64,000 nt of DNA. Source: Candidatus Multivorans sp. GTDB lineage: Bacteria; Acidobacteriota; Thermoanaerobaculia; Multivoradales; Multivoraceae. Where the stretch lies: the NCBI GenBank assembly GCA_965222875.1, contig CBDCVC010000003.1, forward strand, positions 1,921,788 through 1,985,787. Direction: 5' to 3'. Of the stretch, positions 57,295 through 64,000 are shown piece after piece; positions within the stretch are counted from its first letter, which is position 1; each line of letters opens with the position of its first letter. A program made the translations under genes and the position numbers. A model generated the notes under the pieces. The model was given only the letters and a program-made list of their open reading frames with translations. It had not been told where the DNA came from and ran no database searches.

Positions 57295-58437
57295 CTAGCC
57301 GCCCTCGCCGCCGCCGGTGGTCTCGGCGGCTGCCGCCAGGGCCTCTGCCTCCAGCAGCCGCGCGCCGCGCATGATGTTGCCCATCGCGTAGTTGCCTTCG
57401 TGGCAGGCGTACTCGTAGACCTTGTTCGAGGTCTGCGGCCAGGTGTAGTCGCCCTTCCAGGGCAGGGTCCAGGTCGACGGGTCCTCGACGGTGAACTCGT
57501 AGTGGAGCGTGTCTGCGTCGAGGCGGGTGAAGCGCTCGGTGACGTGCAGGTCCCGTGACGCGGAACTCAGTCCCGGCCGGTCGCCGAAGTTCTTCGTGCT
57601 GACCACCAGGGTGTCGCCTTCCCACCAGCCGATCGAGTCGCCGAGCCACTTGCGGACGCCCGAGTCGTCGTGCTCCGAGTTCAGGCGGATCACCCGCGCG
57701 TCGTGGTTCATCTCGACCAGGATCATCACGTGGTTCTGCGTCTGCACGATCCGCTTGTGATTGTTGTAGAGCGCCGGCAGCATCGGCGGTCCTTGGGTGG
57801 AGCCGAAGCCCATGATGCAGCGCTCGGCGTGCGGCCGTTGTTCGATGTCGTCGTACGGCCCCGGCGCGTCGGCTCCTCCTTCCTGAATCCACCAGGCGAC
57901 ACCCTTGTTGGGCCGGAACGGCGTCAACGCTCGGCGAGCGGCGCGGCGCGCCCTGGCCGCGTCGGTGATCGGCGGCATCCGGCCGTTCGCGGGCTCCGAG
58001 ATGATCGAGGTCCGATAGGCGCCGTCGATGGACACAGCGCTTGAGCCGCGGTCGATCCAGAACGCGTTGTAGCCGCCGACATTGCCCGCGCCCAGGTTCT
58101 CGCGCCGAGAGTCGTCGAAGCCGACCGGGGGCGCGCCCGTATCGGACGGAGCGGCGCGATTCGGGTCGCTCCTCTCGTTGGCCTTGGCCAGCAACGTCTG
58201 CTCTTCCTCCTCGATTGCCTTCGCCTCCTCGGCGGTCAGGAACAGGTTGTCGCCGTACTTCGCCGGCCGCTGGAGCGGCGTCAGCGTGGCGATGTTGTAA
58301 ACGCCCGAGAGATCAGGCTTGCCGTCCGCGGTGCGCGGGACGCCGTCCTGGGCGGCAACCGCCGGGACGGCGATCAGAGCCGCGAGGCCCAGGGTGAACG
58401 CGGGGCGGAGCAACATTGCCGAGACGGTGTTGTCCAT
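57295..58437 (-). CDS. Secreted protein of unrecognised family (paralog 2, longer N-terminal region)
   Basis: Signal peptide. Shares most positions with paralog 1 over ~250 aa (YRTSIISEPANGRMP, HAERC.MGFGST, VMILVEMNHDAR, KVYEYACHEGNYAMG, TGGGEGG tail). Confidence 0.6.
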   Translation of the reverse strand: MDNTVSAMLLRPAFTLGLAALIAVPAVAAQDGVPRTADGKPDLSGVYNIATLTPLQRPAKYGDNLFLTAEEAKAIEEEEQTLLAKANERSDPNRAAPSDTGAPPVGFDDSRRENLGAGNVGGYNAFWIDRGSSAVSIDGAYRTSIISEPANGRMPPITDAARARRAARRALTPFRPNKGVAWWIQEGGADAPGPYDDIEQRPHAERCIMGFGSTQGPPMLPALYNNHKRIVQTQNHVMILVEMNHDARVIRLNSEHDDSGVRKWLGDSIGWWEGDTLVVSTKNFGDRPGLSSASRDLHVTERFTRLDADTLHYEFTVEDPSTWTLPWKGDYTWPQTSNKVYEYACHEGNYAMGNIMRGARLLEAEALAAAAETTGGGEGG

Positions 58438-58608
58438 CGATCTTCCTCCGACTGTTTCGAACTCTTGACGCGCCGGCGATCGTACCAACGGAGACGGGCG
58501 GCCGAGCCCTCGCCGGCGGGCCTTTGCCCGTCAGCATCCCGCTATGCTCCGCGCCAACAACGGATCAGGCAGGTACCCCTCTGCCATGGAGCGGGGAGCG
58601 AGCGTGAC

Positions 58609-60846
58609 ATGAGTTCGAACCATGTACCGGGCGACGTGCGACTCACGAGCGCAGTGGCTGTTGCGGCGCTCCTGGGGCTCCTGGCCTCGGGCGCAACCCT
58701 CGGCCAGTCCGGCCCACTGATCGAGCCGGTCACCGACGCCGAACTCGCCGCCACGCCCGACGGCGACTGGTTGAGCTTTCGCGGCAACCTGTCGGCCTGG
58801 GCCTACACCGCGCTCGACGCGGTGAACACGGAGACGGTCGGGCAACTCGACTTCGCCTGGGCGGCCCCGATGGAGGCCGGCCCCAACGAAGCGACGCCCC
58901 TGGCGCGAGGCGGCATCGTCTACCTGCCGCAAACGGGCGACGTGATCCACGCGCTCGATGCGCGTACCGGAGACCTGATCTGGGAGTACCGCCGCGAACA
59001 CAACTACCTGGATCCCGAGGGCGCCGACCCGGAACGGCGCTTCGCCCAGGGCCTGGGTCGGATCACCCGCAACATCGCCATATGGCAGGACGGCCTGTTC
59101 GTCGCCACGATGGACGCCCACATCATCCGCCTGGACGCGAACACCGGCGAGCTGGTGTGGGAGACCCGGGTCGGCGACAGCCGCATCGCCCACTCCTCCG
59201 GCCCGATCATCGCGAACGGCAAGGTGATCAGCGGCCGCTCCTGCAACATGTCCGTGGACGGAGGCTGCTTCCTCGCCGCCCACGACGCCGAGGACGGCCG
59301 CGAGTTGTGGCGCTTCTACACGATCCCCCGACCCGGCGAGCCGGGCGACGAGACCTGGGGCGGTCTGCCGCTCGAGCGCCGCTACCACGTCGGCGCCTGG
59401 CACGTCGGCTCCTACGATCCCGAACTCGACCTCATCTACTGGGGCACGTCGGTACCCGCTCCTTCGCCGGAGGTTCTGCGGGGCAGCGGCGCCGGGTCGC
59501 TCCTCTACTCGAACAGCACCCTGGCGCTCCGTCCCGACACCGGCGAACTGGCCTGGTACTTCCAGCATCTTCCCCGGGACAACTGGGATCTGGACCATCC
59601 CTTCGAGCGCATCCTGGTCGATCTGGAGATGGAACCGAACGAGGACGTTGCCTGGTCCATCAATCCGGCGCTCGAACGCGGCGAGCGGCGCCGGGTGATG
59701 ACCGGCTTCCCCGGCAAGACCGCCATCCTCTGGACCCTGGACCGTGAGACCGGCGAGTTCCTGTGGGCGCGTGAGACCGTCTTCCAGAACGTGATCACGC
59801 ACATCGATCCGCACACCGGGGCGGTCACGGTCAACGAGGAAGTCATCCCGAAGGCCCGCGACGAGGAGTACGGCGTCGTCTGCCCTGCGGCGAGCGGCGG
59901 CAAGGACTGGCCCACCGCGGCCTACAGTCCCCTGACCGAGGCCGTTTACGCGCCTCTGCAGGACGTCTGCATGTCGCCGATCATCACCGGCACCGGCGTT
60001 GGGCCGCCCCAGGGCTACGGCATCAACTTCCGCATGCAGTTGGCGCCAAACAAGGCGACGGTCGGGCGCCTGGACGCAGTTTCGGCGCGCACCGGCGAAT
60101 GCCTGTGGCGGTTCGAGGAACCCGCCGGGACGATGTCGGTCATGACGACGGGCGGCGGGCTCGTCTTCGCCGGCAACACGAACCGGCGGTTCCGGGCCTT
60201 CGACGCGACGACCGGCGACATCCTCTGGGAGACGGTGCTGGGCGGACCGGTCACCGGCTTCCCGGTCAGCTTCGCCGTGGACGGCGAGCAGTACGTGGCG
60301 GTCACCGCGGGCGGCGGCGATCTGTTGAGCGGTCTCTTCAACCGCTTGTCGAACCTGACCGTCCGCTCCGGCTCGAACATGCTCTACGCCTTCAAGCTGT
60401 CGGACACCGCGGGGCGCGCGCCAGTCGCACAGCCGGTGGTAGCCGACGCGGCCACAGCCGAACCGCGGCCGATGATCATGATCGACGCCCCGCTGCTCGA
60501 GACGTCAGAGCCCTGTGCGACCTTCGCCGCGCATCAGGCCGAGCGCGGCGCAGCCCTCTACCAGGAACACTGCACCGAGTGCCACGGGCCCACGCTGCGC
60601 GGCGGCGCCCAAGGCGCGGCTCTCGCCGGCCGCAGCTTCACGAGCTACTGGCAGAACCGCGCCGCCAGCGGGCTCTACCGGACGATCCGCGAGACGATGC
60701 CCCAGGGTAAGGAAGGGACGATCGGCCCCGCGGCCTCAGCCGACCTGGTCGCCTTCCTGCTGCGCGAGAACGGCGCCGAGGCCACCGGCGAGTTCGGCGC
60801 GGACGTCGAAACGCTCGACGGCCAGCGCACCTGCTTCCGGCAGTAG
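58609..60846 (+). CDS. PQQ-dependent quinohemoprotein dehydrogenase (PQQ beta-propeller plus C-terminal cytochrome c domain)
   Basis: Signal peptide. Repeated W-containing propeller motifs (GDLIWEY, GELVWET, GRELWRF, GEFLWAR, GECLWRF, GDILWET). C-terminal CTECHG heme-binding motif. Confidence 0.75.
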   Translation: MSSNHVPGDVRLTSAVAVAALLGLLASGATLGQSGPLIEPVTDAELAATPDGDWLSFRGNLSAWAYTALDAVNTETVGQLDFAWAAPMEAGPNEATPLARGGIVYLPQTGDVIHALDARTGDLIWEYRREHNYLDPEGADPERRFAQGLGRITRNIAIWQDGLFVATMDAHIIRLDANTGELVWETRVGDSRIAHSSGPIIANGKVISGRSCNMSVDGGCFLAAHDAEDGRELWRFYTIPRPGEPGDETWGGLPLERRYHVGAWHVGSYDPELDLIYWGTSVPAPSPEVLRGSGAGSLLYSNSTLALRPDTGELAWYFQHLPRDNWDLDHPFERILVDLEMEPNEDVAWSINPALERGERRRVMTGFPGKTAILWTLDRETGEFLWARETVFQNVITHIDPHTGAVTVNEEVIPKARDEEYGVVCPAASGGKDWPTAAYSPLTEAVYAPLQDVCMSPIITGTGVGPPQGYGINFRMQLAPNKATVGRLDAVSARTGECLWRFEEPAGTMSVMTTGGGLVFAGNTNRRFRAFDATTGDILWETVLGGPVTGFPVSFAVDGEQYVAVTAGGGDLLSGLFNRLSNLTVRSGSNMLYAFKLSDTAGRAPVAQPVVADAATAEPRPMIMIDAPLLETSEPCATFAAHQAERGAALYQEHCTECHGPTLRGGAQGAALAGRSFTSYWQNRAASGLYRTIRETMPQGKEGTIGPAASADLVAFLLRENGAEATGEFGADVETLDGQRTCFRQ

Positions 60847-61984
60847 CCCCTGGGAACCCGGGCGTCTCGCCCGCACCTGGGAACGCGGGCGTCTCGCCCG
60901 CATCCGCCGCATGATCATCCATGATCGTGGCCGTCCTCGTCATCACCGTCGTGACCGGCCTCGTCATGGTCATCGTGGCCAGCCCCGTCATCGCCCCGGC
61001 CTCGCCATGGTCGTCGTGACCAGCCTCGTCATCGCCGTCGTGGCCAGCCTCGTCATGATCGTCGTGACCAGCCTCGTCATGGTCATGCTGCTCATGCTGC
61101 ACACCGTGATCGTGACCATCGTGCCCGTCGCCGGTGTGCGGATGCTGATGCCAGAGGCCGAGCACCGCCATCGTGCCAATGCCGATCAGCACAAGCGCGA
61201 ACTTGAGCGACCGGTCCTTGTCCCGCTCGGGCATCGGAACGTCGTCGTCACCGATCAACGCGCTTCGCACGTAGTGCGCAATCCGGTCCCGTTCCCGGGA
61301 GAGTTCGGCATCGAGCACGTCCATCACCGCCACGTAGATGAAGGTGCCCGCCGCAATCGCGTTGAAGCTGCCCTCGAAGAGGATCGCCGTTCTCCCCTCG
61401 AACACTTCTCCCGCCACGGTGCCGAGCAAGATCCCGAGAGGCGTCATGACCGAGAAGAACGCCAGTGTCTGCCATAGCGCCCGGTTGCCCGCGGCGTGGG
61501 CGGTCACGATCAGGGCGAACGCGGCAGAGCCCTTGTGGAAAAGGATGCCGAACATCACGACCAGTACGGCCGCGGCTTCGGGCTGAAGACCCAGGGCCAT
61601 CCCCGCGATGATCGAGTGCACCGACAGCACGATGAGCAGGACGAAGGCGTAGAACGGCGGTCTCGTAGGCTCTCCCTCCTCGCCGAGCCTCGAGTTCCGG
61701 CCTTCCAGAAGGACCCGATCGATCAGGAGCAGCAGGCCGACCCCCAGGGCCGCGAGCAGAGGGGCCAGGGGATAGTCGACCACTCCCCTGAGCGCTTCAT
61801 CGGCTTCGGGCAGCAGGTGAACGAAGCCGACGCCGAGGAAGATGCCCCCCGCGAGCGCATTCCCCAAGGAAAGGTACCGGCGGCTCGCCCGTTGCTTCGC
61901 GACCAGGATGGGAATCGCGCCGCCCACAAAGGCGATCGCCAGGATCGCCAGGCCGGCGATGATCTTGATGGCAAGCGGGGACAT
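60638..61984 (-). CDS. ZIP family metal transporter with C-terminal His/Asp-rich tail (true stop uncertain; last ~90 codons overlap the PQQ gene antisense and are probably not real)
   Basis: Eight TM helices with ZIP signatures (HSIIAGMALG in TM4, HKGSAAFALI in TM5). Tail HQHPHTGDGHDGHDHGVQHEQHDHDEAGHDDHDEAGHDGDDEAGHDDHGE. Confidence 0.6.
   Translation of the reverse strand: MSPLAIKIIAGLAILAIAFVGGAIPILVAKQRASRRYLSLGNALAGGIFLGVGFVHLLPEADEALRGVVDYPLAPLLAALGVGLLLLIDRVLLEGRNSRLGEEGEPTRPPFYAFVLLIVLSVHSIIAGMALGLQPEAAAVLVVMFGILFHKGSAAFALIVTAHAAGNRALWQTLAFFSVMTPLGILLGTVAGEVFEGRTAILFEGSFNAIAAGTFIYVAVMDVLDAELSRERDRIAHYVRSALIGDDDVPMPERDKDRSLKFALVLIGIGTMAVLGLWHQHPHTGDGHDGHDHGVQHEQHDHDEAGHDDHDEAGHDGDDEAGHDDHGEAGAMTGLATMTMTRPVTTVMTRTATIMDDHAADAGETPAFPGAGETPGFPGATAGSRCAGRRAFRRPRRTRRWPRRRSRAAGRRPGRLRPRGRSSLPYPGASSRGSSGRARWRRGSASSS
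60930..61100. repeat. Imperfect 24-bp tandem repeat (~6 units) encoding the His/Asp-rich metal-binding tail
   Basis: Units such as CGTCATCGCCGTCGTGGCCAGCCT and CGTCATGATCGTCGTGACCAGCCT repeat head-to-tail. Coding sense is the minus strand. Confidence 0.55.
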
Positions 61985-62015
61985 CAGGGGGCTCCTCCTC
62001 TATCGTCTCGACCGT

Positions 62016-62732
62016 TCAGGGTGACCCGCCGGCCGCCGCGGACTCGCCGTCAGCCAGGGACGGCGGCAGCAGCTCCGGCCTCGCGTAGAAGTTCGCTTGC
62101 GTGGCGCGCACGTAGGCCGGGCGAGCGTTGAGCCGCTCCCGGTAGGCCGCGAGCCGCGGCCCGATCGGCTCGCCGTAGGCAACCGCCCAATCGAGGCAAC
62201 TGCCGAGCAGGATGTCCACGCCCGTGAAGCGGTCGCCGAGCAGGAACTCCCTGCCGTCGGCGAACTCGAGTTCCGCCACCGCCGACTGCTTCGTGAACCC
62301 CTCCGACGCCGCCTGGATCGCCGCCGGCGCCTCGCCGTACAGGTGAGCGAGGTCGCGGTGCTTGCGGATGATGTAGAGCGTGTGGGCGTCGAGTTCCATC
62401 ATCACGAAGAACGCCCACTGGTCGTACCGCGCCCGGGCGTCGGTGCCCGCGGCCGGCATCAGGCCGTCCGGCTCGCCGTACTTCTCGGCGAGGTAGTTCA
62501 CGATCGCCGCGCTCTCCGCGAGCGTCAGATCGCCGTCCTGGAGCAGCGGGATCTTCTGACGCGGATTGAGCCGCGTGAACTCTTCCGTCTGCGTCTCCCC
62601 GGTGCGGGGACCGATCGTCCGGTGCTCGTAGTCGAGCCCCAACTCCGCCAGCGCCCAGTGCGCGCGCAGCGTCCGCGCCGTGCTGCAGCCCCAAAGCACC
62701 CGCAGTGAGGCCGTACTCCGCTCGTCTGTCAT
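62016..62732 (-). CDS. Glutathione S-transferase
   Basis: 238 aa. GST N-terminal thioredoxin-like and C-terminal helical domains. Confidence 0.72.
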   Translation of the reverse strand: MTDERSTASLRVLWGCSTARTLRAHWALAELGLDYEHRTIGPRTGETQTEEFTRLNPRQKIPLLQDGDLTLAESAAIVNYLAEKYGEPDGLMPAAGTDARARYDQWAFFVMMELDAHTLYIIRKHRDLAHLYGEAPAAIQAASEGFTKQSAVAELEFADGREFLLGDRFTGVDILLGSCLDWAVAYGEPIGPRLAAYRERLNARPAYVRATQANFYARPELLPPSLADGESAAAGGSP

Positions 62733-62878
62733 GGGGCTGACCGAGAATGTCAGAAATGGCGGGGGATGGGAACGGCGGAACGTTGCCCAGGACCGAAGCT
62801 AGCGGCCGACGTCAGGCTGCAGGCTGCGCGCACCGCGTGATATCTCCGAGGACGACATAGTGATACTATCCCCGTACA

Positions 62879-63442
62879 GTGCCGACATCGACACCGACCT
62901 CCACAAAGTCCGGCCGCTTCCTGCTCCGGATGCCCCCCTCGCTCCACACGGCACTCAACGGCGCGGCGCGAGCCGCCAGCTTATCTCTCAACGAGTACTG
63001 CATCCGCCGCCTGGCCTCGGCGGGAGCCTGTCATGACGATGCAGCCGCGCTTCTCACCCGTGCTTCGACAGTCGCGGGCAACGCGCTGAATGCGATTGTC
63101 CTCCACGGTTCCTGGGTCCGCGGCGAGGCGACGGCGGCGTCGGATGTCGACGCGCTCATCGTTGTCGACCAAGGCGCTCAGCTCGGCCGCGAGCTGTACC
63201 GCCTCTGGGATGCCGAACCGGTGACATGGCAGGGCCACCCGGTCGATCCGCATTTCGTCCACCCGGCCGAGGACGAGACCTTCACCGGGTTGTGGTCAGA
63301 AGTCGCGGTCGACGGCCAGGTGCTCTTCGATCGCTACGGCTCGGTGCACAAGCACCTGGTCCGTGTCCGCCAAGCGATCGCGGAAGGACGGCTCGTGCGG
63401 CGCGTCGTCCACGGCCAGCCCTACTGGATCGAGGCCGCCTGA
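62879..63442 (+). CDS. Nucleotidyltransferase (MNT-type) with N-terminal ribbon-helix-helix-like segment; antitoxin-like partner of HEPN
   Basis: LHGSWVRGEATAASDVDALIVVD is the minimal nucleotidyltransferase GS...DxD motif. N-terminal RFLLRMPPSLHTALNGAARAASLSLNEYCIRRLA resembles HicB/Arc-type RHH. Start uncertain. Confidence 0.6.
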   Translation: MPTSTPTSTKSGRFLLRMPPSLHTALNGAARAASLSLNEYCIRRLASAGACHDDAAALLTRASTVAGNALNAIVLHGSWVRGEATAASDVDALIVVDQGAQLGRELYRLWDAEPVTWQGHPVDPHFVHPAEDETFTGLWSEVAVDGQVLFDRYGSVHKHLVRVRQAIAEGRLVRRVVHGQPYWIEAA

Positions 63443-63849
63443 TGCGGAATCCGGCCCTGGCCGCCGACCACATGAGACGCGCCCAGGCCCGACTTCGCGC
63501 ACTCGACGTGCTCTACGAGGTTGAGAGCTGGGCCGATGTCGTCCGTGAATCGCAGGAAGTCGTCGAACTAGCCCTGAAGGGACTCCTGTACGCGGTCGGG
63601 GTCGACCCGCCGCGGGTGCACGACGTGGCGGATGTCCTGGAAGCCGAACGGGACCGGTTGCCGCCGGCGTTGGCCGACGATGTGGAGCGCCTCGCAGCCG
63701 CCTCCAGAAGTCTTCGCCGTGACCGCGAGCTGGCGTTCTACGGCGCGCCGGACATCGTGCCGTACGACTTCTACAAGGAGGGGGACGCGTCGGACGCGCG
63801 GGAGGCGGCGCGGTTCGTTGTGGCAAGCGTCGCGCCGAGGACCAAGTGA
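63442..63849 (+). CDS. HEPN domain protein (toxin-like partner of MNT)
   Basis: 135 aa, all-helical. Start overlaps the MNT stop (TGATG). HEPN/MNT gene pairing. Confidence 0.55.
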   Translation: MRNPALAADHMRRAQARLRALDVLYEVESWADVVRESQEVVELALKGLLYAVGVDPPRVHDVADVLEAERDRLPPALADDVERLAAASRSLRRDRELAFYGAPDIVPYDFYKEGDASDAREAARFVVASVAPRTK

Positions 63850-64000
63850 CGCAGGCTTTCTACCTGGGTTCCGTCATGAGCCCCGTCGCGCCCCGCGATT
63901 GCCCACCACTACGAGGTCAGCGACTCCAAGACGGCTTCCGGTGTCTGCTCAACCGACGCAAACGGATCGATGACCCGCACCGGCCCAAAGTTCTGGCAGT

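Noticed and set aside
60930-61100. Possible CRISPR-like periodic repeat
   Set aside because: The units are 24 bp, contiguous with no spacers, in frame, and encode a His/Asp-rich tail. This is a coding tandem repeat, not a CRISPR array.
1-64000. tRNA/rRNA genes
   Set aside because: Scanned for T-arm (GGTTCGAATCC-like) and anticodon-stem patterns, and for rRNA-like conserved blocks. None seen. This is an eye scan only, so small ncRNAs cannot be excluded.

Overview
High-GC (~68-70%) bacterial chromosome segment, probably Gram-negative given RND efflux, TonB receptor, HupE and lipid A acyltransferase genes. Housekeeping and metabolic genes are interleaved with a dense set of mobile elements. Left third: a partial membrane protein, a SAM methyltransferase, a translationally coupled recC-recB-recD operon, a secreted cytochrome-c/copper-monooxygenase-like fusion and a squalene/phytoene synthase. 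Middle: two identical 2,726-bp IS1595-family elements in inverted orientation (13502-16227 and 24468-28414). Each has perfect 8-bp target duplications and 27-bp terminal inverted repeats, and each carries passenger genes (a 220-aa secreted Cys-containing protein and a 101-aa ORF). The second copy carries a nested IS630 insertion. Together they bracket an RND efflux operon (OMF-MFP-RND) with a translationally coupled cytochrome P450 and an IS256 remnant. Next come an IS1182-like element, an MpaB-like oxygenase, and a GST/hypothetical/HupE/TonB-receptor cluster. A decayed RidA-like::alpha/beta-hydrolase locus follows, with a second IS630 copy sitting on its stop codon. Then an AcpXL-like lipid A acylation cluster (fabG-fabF-acp-lpxL) interrupted by a higBA toxin-antitoxin pair, and sarcosine oxidase soxA-soxB-soxD. 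Right third (46-58.5 kb) is an accessory island bracketed by two inverted paralogs of an unrecognised secreted protein family. It holds an IS1634 transposase, two intergenic repeat families, small ORFs, DUF2911, GFA and lipocalin-like proteins. Its most interesting content is a large NERD-NACHT(STAND)-helical-repeat protein preceded by a split DUF3800 gene, a candidate two-gene defence module. The window ends with a quinohemoprotein PQQ dehydrogenase, a ZIP transporter with a His-rich tandem-repeat tail, a GST and a HEPN/MNT pair. No rRNA, tRNA or CRISPR array was found.
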